A stretch of DNA of 64,000 bases from Leucoraja ocellata (lineage: Eukaryota): contig JAWMAR010002559.1 of NCBI GenBank assembly GCA_036785375.1, positions 1 to 64,000 on the forward strand, written 5' to 3'. A program made the position numbers and the translations under genes. Position 1 is the stretch's first letter. The number at the start of each line of letters is the position of its first letter. A model generated the notes under the pieces. It was given only the letters and a program-made list of their open reading frames with translations, searched no databases and was not told the origin of the DNA. Shown in pieces: positions 24,231 to 37,911 of this stretch.

Positions 24231-26545
24231 GTAAGTAAGTAAGTAAGTAAGTTTATTGGCCAAGTATTTACATACAAGGAATTTTCCTTGGTGCTCCGCC
24301 CACATGTAACAACATGACATACAGTGACAGTTACGAATAACTCAGAAAACACTAAACAATAATAATGATAAAACATTAATGATAAAACACCATTGATCAA
24401 GCATGTGAACCAACAAAATAACAGATCAAAGGGAGGCTACAGATTTTTGGCTGTTGAGTAGAGCAACTACTCGTGGATAAAAACAGTTTTTATGTCTGGC
24501 TGTGACAGCTTTGACAGTCCGGAGTCGCCTTCCAGAGGGAAGTGATTCAAAGAGTATGTGGCCAGGGTGAGAGGGGTCAAAGATGACCTTGCCCGCTCGC
24601 TTCCTGGCCCTTGCAGTGTATAGTTCATCAATGGAGGGAAGGTTGCAGCCAATAACCTTCTCTGCTGATCGGATGATTCGCTGCAGCCTCCAGGTGTCGT
24701 GCTTGGTGGCTGAGCCAAACCAGACCATGATGGAGAAGGTGAGAACAAACTCTACGATGGCCGTGTAGAATTGGACCATCATTGCCAGTGGCAGATTGTG
24801 CTTCCTCAGCTGCCGTAGGAAGTACATCCTCTGTTGTGCCTTTTTGACTGTTAAGTCGATGGTAGCCCCCCCACTTAAGGTCCTTGAGATGATGGTTCCC
24901 AGGAACTTAAAAGACTCCACTGATGTGACTGTGGTGTTGTTGATGGTGAGTGGGGAACGGGAGGGAGATGATCTCCTAAAGACTACAATCAATTCCACTG
25001 TCTAAAGAGCATTGAGCTCTAGGCTGTTGCGATGGCACCAGGAAGCCAGCTGTGACAACTCCAGGCCAACTCCTGTCTGTAGGCAGATTCCTCCCCATCC
25101 TGGATCAGTACAATCAGGCTTGTGCCATACACAAACTTTAGAAGCTTGACAGAGGTGTCTGTGGAGGTGCAGTCGTTGGTGTAGAGAGAGTAGAGGAGAG
25201 GAGAGCACCTTGCGCTGCTCCTATGCTGAGCGTTTGCGGGTCCAAGATGTGCTTTCCCAGCCTCACATGCTACTTCCAGTCTGTCAGGAAGCTGGCGATC
25301 CACCGACAGAGAGGTTCAGGCACAGTCAACTCGGAAAGTTTGGAGTGTAATAGCACTGGCACAATGGTGTCGATTGCAGAGCTAAAATCAACAAACAGGA
25401 TCCTTGAATAGGTCCCCTGGCGGTCTAGGTGCTGTAGGATGAAGTGCAGGCCCAGGTAGACTGCTTCATCCACAGATCTATTGGCCCGATATGCAAACTG
25501 CACAGGGTCCAGCAGGGGGATTGTGATATTTTTCAGCTTGGCCAGCACAAACGTTTCAAGTGTCTTCACGACTACAGAGGTCAGTGCAACAGGCCAGGGT
25601 AATCCGTGCCTTTTTGGGTACAGGGAAAATAGTGGAGACTTTGAAGAAGGCAGGGTCAGTACATGTTTGCAGGGACTGGTTCAAAATGTCTGTATAGACC
25701 GTTGTTTGGCACAGAGCTTAAGAGTAGAGGGGGAAACATTGTCAGGTCCTAGAGATTTACGGCTTTTTTTGTCTTCTGAAAAGCCACTCCGCCTCCTGAT
25801 GAAGTGATGTTGCTCAGCAAGGAGGGGGTGGGTAATTGGGTGTGAAGTGGTGATTGCAGGGGGGTGGGTGTAGAAGGGCCCAGTCTTTGCAGACTATCAG
25901 GCTGTGAATGAATGTGACGTGTTGGTTGGGGTGGGAAATGGTTCTGTCGTTTCATAATGTAGTCTTGCCTTAAATAGATGTAAAGTGATGAATGGGAAGG
26001 AGAGGGTGCAGGGTCGATTCTTTGCAGACTGGGGTCTGGCTGTGTTAGTTGGGGAGGGCGGGAGGGGGAGTGGTGGAGTGGGGGAGAGGGTACCAGGGTT
26101 ACGTTTATGATTTTCAAACCTGTAGTAAACTCATTCAGGCCGTTGGTCAGTTGACGATTGTGCAAAGAGCGGGGGGCTTTCATCTTGTAGCTGGTAATTT
26201 CTTGCAAGCCCTTCCAAACTGAAGACGAGTCACTAGCTGAGAACTTGCTCTGCAATTTCTCAGAGTACTTTTCCTTGGCAGCTCTGATTCCTCTTCTCAG
26301 CTTGTACTTGGCCTGCCAGTAGAGGCCTGCATCCCCGCTCCTGTAGGCCTCCTCTTTAGACTGTCGAAGCTGTCTGAGTTTTGCAGTGAACCAGGGCTTG
26401 TTGTTGTTGAACCATGTCCGGGTCTTAGTGGGAATGCAACTGACCTCGCAAAAGCTGACATATGATGATACAGTGTCCGTATACTCATCGAGGCTTGTGG
26501 TGGCTTCCCTGAACACATTCCAATCCGTGCAGTCAAATCAGGATT
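24231..26545 (-). mobile_element. Rex1/Babar-like LINE, degenerate ORF
   Basis: NNKPWFT, DPVQFAYRANRS, FKFLG, KKAQQRMYFLRQL, DPSHPGH motifs; (AAGT)n tail. Confidence 0.88.
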
Positions 26546-29448
26546 CACCAACTGATTCCTGGGATGTCAGGACTTTCATGTGAAGAAAGACTAGATAGAC
26601 TCGGCTTGTACTCGCTAGATTTTAGAATATTGAGGGGGGATCTCATTGAAACTTAAGGGGTTGGACAGGCTAGATGCAGGAAGAATGTTCCCGATGTTGG
26701 GGAAGTCCAGAACGAGGGGTCACACAGTTTAAGGATAAGGAGGAAATCTTTTAGGACCGAGATGAGACAAACATTTTTCACACAGAGAGTGGTGAATCTG
26801 TGGAATTCTCTGCCACAGAAGATAGTTGAGGCCAGTTCATTGGCTATATTTAAGAGGGGGTTTGATGTGGCCCTTGTGGCTAAAGGGATCAGGGGGTATG
26901 GAGAGAAGGCAGGTACGGAATACTGAGTTGGATGATGGTCTCTTGTCTCTACACCCCTCCCTGTCAAATTGGAGGTATGTAAACTAACGGGTGTGCCAGC
27001 TTCCTGTTCCACAGTGCCATGGTTAGGTTGCTGATTTGGATAAGACTGCACTGATTCAAGAATTGTTTAGGAAAGAACTGCAGATACTGGTTTGGACAGG
27101 CAGCATCTCTGGGTAGAAGAAGGGTCTCCACCCGAAACATCACCCATACCTTCTCTCCAGAGATGCTGCCTGACCCGCTGAGTTAATGATTCAAGAATGT
27201 GTGGAATTGTGCAAGGCAAGTTTGCTCAACTAATTATGCAAAGTTTTATAATAAATTAGCAGAGGGTCAGAACCAAGAACAGAGAACAGCACAGGAACAG
27301 CCCCTTCGACCTAAAATGTCCGTCCCAAACATAATGCCAAGTTAATCTCCTTGCCTGTACATAATCTGGAATTCTGCATTCCCTGCATGTCCATGTGCCT
27401 ATCTCAAGGCCACCAAAACACCACCATCACCGCTGCATCGACCATCACCCCTAGGCACCACCACTCTCTGGGTAAAAAACAATCCCCACACATTTTAGAT
27501 CTCGTTAACTTTTGAGATACAGCGTGGAAACAGGCCCCTCGGCCCATTGAGTCCGCGCCGACCATCGATCACCCGTTCACACACTAGTTCTATGTTTAGT
27601 TTTGAGATACAGCGCGGAAACAGGTCCTTCGGCCCATCAAGTCCGTGCCAGCCAGCGATCCCTGCACAGTAACACCATTCGATACACACGAGGGACAATT
27701 TTACATTGAAACCAAGCCAATTAACCTACAAACTCGTACGTCTTTGGAGTGTGGGAGGAAACCAAAGGTCTCGGAGAAAATCCACGCAGGTCACGGGAAG
27801 AACGTGCAAACTCCGTACAGCGCACATAGTCGGGATTGAACCCAGGTCTCTGGAGCTGTGAGGCAGCAACTATACCGCTGTGCCACCCTGCCGCCTCTTT
27901 CAGTTTCCCCCCCCTCTGATTTTAATTAGCCCCGTAAGTTATTCCTGGTGTATGAGTAAGAGTCATGGAATCAGTGAAGTGGCAGAGACTTGAGAGGCCC
28001 AACAACCTCTTGCTTCACGAGGAAGTGGACAGAAGTAGTAACAGGAAACTTTCTGTGAAAAATGAAAATGTCCTTTTTGCAGAAGGAAAAATGTATCAAA
28101 CAGCTCCCCAAAGCTGAGATGCAGAACAGTCCCTTTATTAATCAAGAAAGCAAAGTGCTGGAGGAACTGAGCGGATCTGCGGAGGGAGTGGACTAGTATC
28201 ACCAGTTCCTTCTTTCCACAAATGACATTTCAGATTGAGTCCAGACTGAAGGAGTAGAGTAGAAAACTGGAAAAGCAAGGTCATAGTCAGAGTGATACCA
28301 CATGGAAACAGGGCCTTCGACCCAACTTGACCACACCGGCCAACATGTCCCAGCTACACTAGTCCCACCTGCCCACGTTTGGTCCATATCCCTCCAAACC
28401 TGTCCTACCCGTGTACCAGCCTGTTTCATAAACATTGGGATAGCCAATGCCTCAACTACCTCCTCTGGCAGCTTGTTCCATGCACCAAACACCCTTTGTG
28501 AAAATGTTACCCCTCAGATTCCAATTAACCTTTTTCCCCCACTCACCTTAAACCAATGTTCTTTGGTCCTCGATTCACCTACTCTGGGCAAGAGACACTG
28601 TGTGTCTACCCGATCTATTCCTCTGCATCTGCATAAGATCACCCCTCATCCTCCTGCGTGCAAGGAATAGCATCCCAGCCTACCCATTCCTGGCAACATC
28701 CTCATAAATCTTCTCCGTACCCATTCCAGGTGAAAACATCTTTCCGATCACATGGTGCCCAGAACTGAATGCACATATTCTAAATGCGGCTTCACCAACG
28801 GCTTACACAACTGCAACATAACCTCCCGATTTCTAAACTGTGCAAACTGTGTGAGCAGGTGTGAATGGGTCCAAAGCCTGGCAAGTGATAGTGGATACAG
28901 GTGAGGGGGGCAGATGATTAGACTAGGTGGGAGAATCTAAGGACAGAAGTCACAGCCACAGAATTGAAGGACGTTCTTTTGGGAAAGCGATAAGAAGGAA
29001 TTTCTTCGGTCAGAGGATGGCGAGTGTGGAATTATTTGCCACACAAGGCTGTGGAGGCCGTCAATTAATATTTTTTAAGGTACAAAATACACCAGATAGA
29101 TTCTTGATTAGTACGGGTGTCAGGGGTTATGGGGAGAAGGCAGGAGAATGGGTTGAGAGGGAAAGATAGACCAGCCATGATTGAATGTTCGCTGTAGACT
29201 TGATGGGCCGAATGGCTTAATTCGGCTCCTATCATAAGGTCATCAGGAATAGGAGTAGAAGAATGTCTTTTAATTCTGAGGCTGTGACCTCTACTCCTAG
29301 ACTCACCCAATAGTGGAAATATCCTCTTAACATCCACTCTATCCAAGCCTTTCACTGTTCTGTATTTTTCAATGAGGTCCCCCTTCATTCTTCTCAACTC
29401 CAGCGAGAACAGGCCCAGTGCCAACAAGCGCTAATCATAGGTTAACCT

Positions 29449-30160
29449 CCATTGAGGATAAATGGCTATCCTGTGGATAGGGTGAACTGTTTCAAATATC
29501 TGGGAGTCCACATCTCTGAGGATATGACATGGGCATCACACGCCTCAGCAATCGTGAGTAAGGCAAGGCAGCGCCTTTACCACCTCAGGCAATTGAAGAA
29601 ATTCAGAGTGTCTCCGAGGATCCTCCAGTGCTTCTACGCAGCGGCGGTGGAAAGCATCTTGTCCGGGAACATTACCATCTGGTTTGGGAATTGCTCTGCC
29701 AAGGACAAGAAAGCTCTGCAGAGAGTAGTGCGTTCGGCCGAACGCACTATGGGAACTTCACTCGCCCCCCTGCAGGAACTATACAACAGGAGGTGCAACT
29801 CCAGAGCAAACAAAATCATGGGAGACCCCTTCCACCCCTGCAACGGACTGTTCCAGCTGCTACGTTCAGGCAAATGCCTCCGTTGCCATGCGGTGAGAAC
29901 GGAGAGGTTGAGGAGGAGTTTCTTCCCAGAGGCAATTCGGACTGTAAACGCCTATCTCACCAGGGACTAACTCTACAGAACGTTTTTCCTTCCATTATTT
30001 ATTATGTAAAAGAATATGTGTGTTATGATTGTGTTTAGAATTTGTTTGGTTGTTTTGTTGTTTGTCTTTTGCACAAAAGTCCGCGAGCATTGCCACTTTC
30101 ATTTCACTGCACATCTCGTATGTGTATGTGACAAATAAACTTGACTTGACTTGACTTGAC
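29449..30160 (+). mobile_element. Young Rex1/Babar-like 3' fragment, present in one of three paralogous sites
   Basis: Open 172-aa frame with FKYLGVHI and KARQRLYHLRQL; AATAAA plus (ACTTG)n tail; empty sites at ~21687 and ~55178. Confidence 0.88.
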
Positions 30161-31654
30161 TTGATTACCATATAACCATATAACAATTATAGCATGGAAA
30201 CAGGCCATCTCGGCCCTTCTAGTCCGTGCCGAACACTTATTCACCCCTAGTTCCATCTATCTGCACTCAGACCATAACCCTCCATTCCTTTCCCGTCCAT
30301 CTACCTATCCAATTTATTTTTAAATGATAAAATTGAACCTGCCTCCACCACTTCCACTGGAAGCTCATTCCACACCGCTACCACTCTGAGTAAAGAAGTC
30401 CCCCCTCATGTTACCCCATAACTTCTGTCCCTTAATTCTCAAATCATGTCCTCTTGTTTGAATCTTCCCTACTCTCAATGGAAAAAGCTTATCCACGTCA
30501 ACTTTGTCTATCCCTCTCAACATTTTAAAGACCTCCATCAAGTCCCCCCTTAACCTTCTGCGCTCCAAAGAATAAAGACCTAACCTGTTCAACCATTGTC
30601 TGTAACTTAGTTGCTGAATCCCAGGCAACATTCTAGTAAATCTACTCTGCACTCTCTCCATTTTGTTGACATCCTTCCTATAATTTGGCGACCAAAATTG
30701 TACACCATACTCCAGAATTGGCCTCACCAATGCCTTGTACAATTTTAATATTCCTGGGATCATTCTTGTAAACATCCACTGGACCCTCTCCAGAGCCAGC
30801 ACATCCTTCCTCAGATACGGTGCCCAAAATCGCTCACAATATTCCAAATGCGGCCTCACCAGCACCTTATGGAGCCTCAACATTATACCCCTGTTTTTGT
30901 ATAAAAGCCCTCTTGAAATAAATGCTAGCGTTGACTTTGCTCTCTTTACTACTGTCATCACTATAACTTATGAAGTGGCAGAGACTCGAGAGGCCCAACG
31001 ACTTCTTGATATATGAGGAAGTAACAGGAAATTTAGTGCTAAAATTGAAAATGTTCCTTCACAGAATGAAGGGAAATGTATTCATTTGCATCCTCACGTC
31101 TGAGTTCCCCAGAGGTGAGGGTGCAAAACACTCCCTTTATTCATTGAGGAAACAAAGTTCTGGAGGAACTCAGCGGGTCTGTGGGGGTTAGACACAAAGT
31201 GCTGGAGTAACTCAGTGGGACGGGCAGCATCTCTGTAGAGGAGGAATGGGTGACATTTCGGGTCGAGGCCCTTCTTCAGACTGAGAGTCAGGGGAGAGGG
31301 AAACAAGAGATATAGTCGGTGAAAAAATGAGAAAATAAATTTTTACACAGAGAGTGGTGAATCTGTGGAATTCTTTGCCACAGAAGGTAGTTGAGGCCAG
31401 TTCATTGGCTATATCTAAGAGGGAGATAGATGTGGCCCTTGTGGCTAAAGGGATCAGGGGGTATGGAAAGAAGGCAGGTATGGGATACTGAGTTGGATGA
31501 TCAGTCATGATCATATTGAATGGCGGTGCAGGCTTGAAGGGCCGAATGGCCTACTCCTGCACCTATTTTCTATGTTTCTATGTGATATAGAGAGATATAA
31601 AACAAATGAATGAAAGATATCCTAAAACAGTAACAATGGTAAAGGAACCAAGCC

Positions 31655-33200
31655 ATTCTTCTTCCGTGTGGCGTGCACGGCCTAAATTGCCGTCGCGACA
31701 TCAACCGCTTCAACGTCTCCACTCCCCTGTCTCACTCCAATCTCTCCCACCCCCCACCCTATGAATGTACAGCCATCGACTCACACCTGGACAATGTCCC
31801 CACTGACGAGCACCAGGCCACTTTCACTAGCACCATCGCCGACTTCACCAACGCCCTTGCCCCCCCCTGAGCCGCCTGCCTCATCGTTCCCCAGCCCCGC
31901 ACGGCCTGATTTTACCTTCTCCCCAAAATCCACAAACTTGACTGTCCTGGCAGACCCATTGTCTCTGCCTGTTTGTGCCCCACCAAACTCATTTCCACAT
32001 ACCTTGACTCCATCCTATCCCCCTTGGTTAAATCCCTCCCGACCTATGATCAAGACACCTCAGACACTCTCCGTCGTCTCCGCACGTTCCATCCTCTAGG
32101 CCCCCATCCTCTCATCTTCACCATGGACGTCCAGTCACTCTACACCTCCATCCCCCACCAGGATGGTCTCAAAGCCCTCCGGTTCTTCCTCGACCGGTGG
32201 AGCAACCTATACCCGGCCACCGATACTCTCCTGCGCCTAGTGGAGTTGGTCCTTACCCTCAATAACTTCTCGTTCGACTCCTCCCATTTCCTCCATATAC
32301 AAGGCGTAGCTATGGGCACACGCATGGGGCCCAGCTACACCTGCCTCTTTGTTCGAGGCGTATCTTGGCCCCATCCCCGACATCTACCTCCGCTACATCG
32401 ACGACTGCTTTGGTGCCACTTCCTGCACCTGCACACAACTGACTGACTTCATCCGCTTCACCACTAACTTTCATCCGGCACTCAAATAAACCTGGATCAT
32501 TTTCGACACTTCCCTACCATTCCTTGACCTTACTATCTCCATTTCAGACTTCTGACCGACATCCACTATAAACCCACTGACTCCTACGGCTATCTTGACT
32601 ACTCTTCCTCCCACCCTGCTTCCTGTAAGGACTCCATCCCCTATTCCCAATTCCTCCGTCTACGCCCAGGATGAGATTTTCCATACCAGGGCCTCACAAA
32701 TGTCCTTATTCTTCAGGGAACGGGGGTTCCCCTCCCCCACTATAGATCAGGCACGCACCAGGGTCTCTGCTCTCTCTCCCCATCCCCCCACTCGCAACAA
32801 GGGCAGAGTCCCCCTGGTCCTCACCTTTCACTCCACTAACCGTCACATACAACAAATAGCCCTTCGTTAGTTTCACCACCTCCAACGTGACCCCACCACT
32901 CACCACATCTTCCCATTTCCCCCCGTCTGCCTTCCACAAAGACCGCTCCCTCCGCAATTCCCTTGTCAATTCTTCCCTTCCCTCCCGTACTACCCCCTCC
33001 CTGGGCACTTTCCGTTGCAACCGCAAGAGATGCTACACCTGTCGCTTTTCCTCCCCCCTTGACTCCATTCAAGGACCCAATCAGTCGTTCCAGGTGCAAC
33101 AGAGGTTCACCTGCACCTCCTCCAACCTCATCTATTGCATCCGCTGCTCTAGATGTCAGCTGATCTATATCGGTGAAACCAAGCGGAGGCTTGGCGATCG
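31655..33200 (+). mobile_element. Penelope-like element, RT plus GIY-YIG, degenerate (paralogous pieces ~56675-57840 and ~59455-60090)
   Basis: FTMDVQSLYTSIPH, QGVAMGTRMGPSY, RYIDD, IYCIRC...YIGET motifs. Confidence 0.9.
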
Positions 33201-33203
33201 TTC

Positions 33204-33870
33204 CTGTGCATGGGGGAGAGGGTAGGGCTGAAGATGTCCTGGTTGGGTTGCTCCTGGGACTGGTCAAGCTGGCCATCCTCAAGTCACAGGGTCAGGCAGA
33301 AGAGGGCTCTGCCTGAGCCAGCTGCCTGCCCCTTTTCCGTGCCCGGGTGGTGTTAGAGAGGGACTACGCACCAAAGATCCTATAGCGGAGCAAGATAGAC
33401 CACTCCTGCTAAATGCAATGGGCTGACGTGTAGTACGCAACGGAAAGGAACGTGGGCCTTTTTTACATCCATTTCCGTAACCGGACCCGACCCGACTCGC
33501 AGTGTAATCAACGCTGCGGGGGATCAGTTTGTGTTAATACATTAAAATTCTGAAAATGAGAAGAAGGTTTTTACCAACTAACTTTTATTTTTACGAGGAT
33601 GTTCCCGTAACCGGCTTCCGTCTTCGCACTATTATCCTATGGGATCTGTGGTGCGGCGATGGAAGCCGGTTACGGGAATGGGGCCTTAAATTACCCATGA
33701 ATATGCCCATGACCGTACTATGTCTTTTGGTCGAGTGGACGATCTTGCTCGCTGTAGGATCTTTGCTACACACTGTCCACGGGCAACCTGGGGGATTTGC
33801 CGCACCGTTGGGCACGGCGGGGGGTGGAATGCATCCTTGACAAGGATTGTAACATAGTTGTATAGTCGTT
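33204..33870 (+). mobile_element. Tx1-like LINE 3' fragment interrupted by a MITE
   Basis: DVLVGLLLGLVKLAI...CLPLFR...ARVVLERDY, recognised as a Tx1 ORF2 C-terminal pattern. Confidence 0.6.
33372..33765. mobile_element. MITE with ~33-bp TIRs (CAAAGATCCT...) and 8-bp TSD (paralog 60586-63493, split by CR1)
   Basis: TIRs caaagatcctatagcggagcaagatagaccactc / gagtggacgatcttgctcgctgtaggatctttg; flanks ctacgcac / ctacacac; internal inverted repeat ~33601-33680. Confidence 0.85.
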
Positions 33871-34024
33871 TATTTAGTATATTTGTTGGTCTTGTATTAT
33901 GGGGGTGGGATCTGGTTTGTTTCATTTCATTTTCCAAATCCTCTGCAGAAAACATGTAATGATATAAAAATAGTATCAGGATTCATCTTGCACCTGCTCC
34001 ACTATTAGATGACCATGACTGATT

Positions 34025-34712
34025 AGATTTAGTTTAGTGTAGTTTAGAGACACAGCGCGGAAACAGGACCTTCGGCCCATCGAGTCAGCGCCGACCAGCG
34101 GTCCCCACACACTACACACACCCAGTCAAGTCAAGTCAAGTCACTTTTATTTCTATAGCACATTTAAAAAACATCTCTCGTTGACCAAAGTGCTTTACAT
34201 TGGTGGAGGTACTAACGTTATACAACAGTGGTTCATAGATTAAGTACATACATAAATACATACATATAGCCCTCCCTCAGAGGACGTCAAGAAAGGCTTG
34301 AGAATAAAGATGAGTTTTAAGTCTCGACTCAAAGGAGTCGATGGAGGGGGCAGTTCTGATGGGAAGAGGGATGCTGTTCCACAGTCACGGAGCTGCAACC
34401 GCAAAGGCACGGTGGCCCCTGAGCTTATGCCTAGACCGCAGGATGTTCAGTAACCCCAAGTCTGCCGATCTGTGGGACCTGGAGGTGGTGTGGTGGGTAA
34501 GCAGGGACAATGTACATTTACAGCAAGCCAATTAACCTACAAACCAGCCCATCTGTGGGGTGTGGGAGGAAACCGAAGATCCCGGAGAAAACCCACGCAG
34601 TTCACGGGGAGAACGTACAAACTCCGTACAGACAGCACCTGTAGTCAGGATTGAATCCGGGTCTCTGCGGCTGTGAGGCAGCAACTCTACCGCTGCGCCA
34701 CCGTGCCGCCCT
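34025..34712 (-). mobile_element. tRNA-derived SINE with nested L2-like 3' fragment (~34125-34500)
   Basis: Head ggcggcacggtggcgcagcggtagagttgctgcctc; nested piece ends aataaaagt(gactt)n. Confidence 0.75.
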
Positions 34713-34959
34713 TTGTCAGATTTCCAGCGTCTGCATTTCATTATTATTATTACTCACCAATGCCACACAGAGAGCTGCTTGCTATGAAACTTGTTATAGA
34801 ACATGGCGCTACAAGAGCAAGAGCTTCAGAATAGCATTAGCAACAATCCCACAGGATTCTCAAAATATATATTTAATAGCTACGAGTGGATTTTGTAACT
34901 GCAGGTAAAGACTGTTTAACAGACTATCATTTGATAGAAGCAATTATTGTCAATGTTAA

Positions 34960-37463
34960 TAGTTACCCCAATAAAATCGCTGAAAAATGGTAAGACACCG
35001 GGACCAGATGGTTTTAATAATGATTTTTATAAAACATTTCAGGAGATAACGACCCCTTATTTATTTAATTTATACTCCCATGCTTTTAAAGAAAACAAAC
35101 TACCTGAAACACTAACAGAATCAACTATTACGCTTATTCCAAAAAAAAGATAAAGATTTAGAAGATCCGGGCTCGTACAGAGCTATATCACTTTTAAATA
35201 CAGATCAGAAAATTTTAGCAAAGATTTTAGCAAGAAGATTAAGCAAATATATTAGTAAATTGATAAACCCTGATCAAACGGGGTTTATACCTAAAAGATA
35301 CTAATTTAATAATCTGAGACGCCTGTTTAATATAATGTACTCGCATAAAGTAGAGGAAGAAGATATATCAATTATTTCTGTGGATGCAGAGAAAGCATTT
35401 GATCAGGTAGAGTGGCAATACTTATATAAAGTACTACAAAAATTTAATATGGGAATTTTATAACATGGGTAAAATTATTATATGATAAACCGATGGCAAG
35501 AATTTTAACTAATAACATGTTATCTCAAAAATTTCAACTATCAAGGGGTAACAGGCAGGGATGTGCACTATCACCCCTGCTATTTGCCCTTATGATAGAA
35601 CCCCTGGCTGAAAGTATAAGAATTCATCCGAATATTCAGGGCTATAATACCAGGGACTCAAAGAATAAAATCTCATTATATGCAGACAATATACTTTTAT
35701 ACATTACAAAGTCACAAACAAGCATACCAAATTTATTAAACTTAATAGAGGAATTTGGATCTTTTTCTGGATATAGAATAAACTGGAACAAAAGTGAAAT
35801 CATGACACTAAAACCTCAAGAACCTACACACTTATTGAAGTTCCCCTTTAAAATCGCAACAGAAAAATTTAAATATTTGGGTATTCAGATTACTAGAAAA
35901 TATAAAGCATTATTCAACGCTAATTTCATACCTTTATTAAATAAACTTAATACGCTGATTAAATTTTGTAAAACACTTCCCTTATCATTATTAGGTAGAA
36001 TAAATGCAATAAAAATGATCTTCCTACCACAATTACTATACGTATTTCAGTCTATACCGGTATATATACCAAAATATTTAAAAAAAAATTAGACTCTAAC
36101 ATTACAAATTATATTTGGGACTATAGATCACATAGAATCACAAAAAAACACTTATGTAAACCAAAAGAGGTCGGGGGACTTTCACTTCTGAAATTCACTT
36201 CCGAATTTGATGTATTATTACTGGGCAGTGCATATTAAGAATATGATTTATTGGTTGGATAGTTCTACCCAACAGACAGAATGGATAAAAATAGAGAAGG
36301 AGGATTGCCATCCTTGTAATATAGGAACGATCCTCTTTCCCCCCAAAAAACTGAATAACACAATATATAAGAAGAACCCAATTATATATGGTACAATAAG
36401 AATTTGGAAACAAATAAAATTATCTTTAAAATTAAGAAATCTATCACTGTTAATGCCAATAGCGAATAACCCTTTATTTAAACCATCTCTTATTGATAAG
36501 ACATATAATCAATGGGAAAGTCTCGGAATTAGAAGGATCGGGGATATGTACGAAATGGGAAACCTACTATCATTCTAACAACTACAATTAAAATCTAAAT
36601 TGAAAAACAACCAATATTTTAAATATCTTCAAATTTGCGACTTCGTGAAAAAATATATACAAGGATATCAAAAAGGAACTCCTGACTTATTGGAAGAAGC
36701 AATGAATATTGAAGCTGACTCACAAAAAATAATATCCTATTTATATAATAGTATTCTAAATATAGACCTACCATCGACAGAGGTACTTAGAGAAGAGTGG
36801 GAATGGGAATTAATGATAAAAATTACGAAGGTTAAATGGGAAAAATACCTGATATATATTCACAAATGTTCAATTAACGTAAGACATAATCTAATTCAAT
36901 TTAAAATTGTACATAGATTATATTATTCAAAAACAAGATTGAACAAATGTTATCCAAATATATCCGCCACTTGTGATAAATGTCTAGCCCAAAAGGCAAC
37001 TATAACACACTCCTTAGTTTCCTGCATAAAACTTTATAGATTTTGGAATGATATTTTTGAAATATTTACAAAATTATTCAAGACAAGAATGGAACCTAAT
37101 ACTGAAATGATTATATTTGGTGTAATGGAAGATGGGAATAAATTGAACACATCTCAAAATCTATTCCTTAACTATGGTTTAATAATAGCAAAAAATTAAT
37201 ACTTAAATTTTGGAAGGGTACATCAATACCAACGCTTAAAATGTGGATTGCAGGTATGTTTCAGGACTGGACGAGGGTTGGTCAAGATTATAAATGATGA
37301 TCTCCTTTTCTTTTTTATTTTATTTTCTTTTCTATATTTTCTCTCTCAACTTTCTTCATTTACTCATTTTCTTTCTTCACACGCTATATATTTCACATCT
37401 TTCTATCCTTTATTATCTAACTTCTTTTTCTTATTCTATTCTTTAAAAAAAAAAAAAAAAAAA
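34960..37463 (+). mobile_element. 5'-truncated L1 (ORF2 RT plus Cys-rich C-terminus) with poly(A)
   Basis: GKTPGPDGF, YRAISLLN, DAEKAFD, GNRQGCALSPLLF, YADN, FKYLG, CDKC; stops and frameshifts; A-tract at 37445-37463. Confidence 0.92.
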
Positions 37464-37758
37464 TCAATATTTACCCGCGGAAGTCTGGGTTCTAAAGAAC
37501 AAAGGCTTTTTTAAAGAGATACAGCGGGAAAACAGGCCCTTCAGCCCACCGAGTCCGCACCGACCATCGGTCATCCGTTCACACACTAGTTCTATGTTAT
37601 CCCACTATTTCATCTACAGAGGGTTAATTAATCTATGAAACCCAAGGTAGTTAAGGCTGGTGCAGCGCTCTCTCCCCATCGCCTCTCCCTCCTCACCACC
37701 CTTCCCTCCATCCTCCCACCTACCCCTTCCCCTGCTTGGACTGGAACCAGAGCTCCGC

Positions 37759-37911
37759 CTATTCCACCCCCTCGCCACTGTGCCCGGTGGCTCCGCTGCT
37801 CAGCACCTCCTGCATGTTGGCGTACACGGCCGATTGCTCTTCCCCCTCGCCTGATTCCCCTCCTTCTTTCCGCTCCACTGGGGCCGGCCCGTTCTCCCCA
37901 CTCCCCGCGCT
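37759..37911 (-). CDS. Copy B terminal exon, SAGSGENGPAPVERKEGGESGEGEEQSAVYANMQEVLSSGATGHSGEGVE*
   Basis: ccctttccttccag acceptor, phase 0. TAG at 37759-37761 sits where copy A has TAC (ITIM Tyr). The frame continues AELWFQSKQGKG to TAG at 37720-37722. Confidence 0.8.
   Translation of the reverse strand, partial: SAGSGENGPAPVERKEGGESGEGEEQSAVYANMQEVLSSGATGHSGEGVE

Noticed and set aside
34640-34712. tRNA gene
   Set aside because: tRNA-like head of a SINE, continuous with the SINE body and tail.
34758-34898. Minus-strand exon-like island (cctgcag ... g|gtgagt)
   Set aside because: Stops in all three frames from the acceptor and no link to the gene model; could be non-coding but is unsupported.
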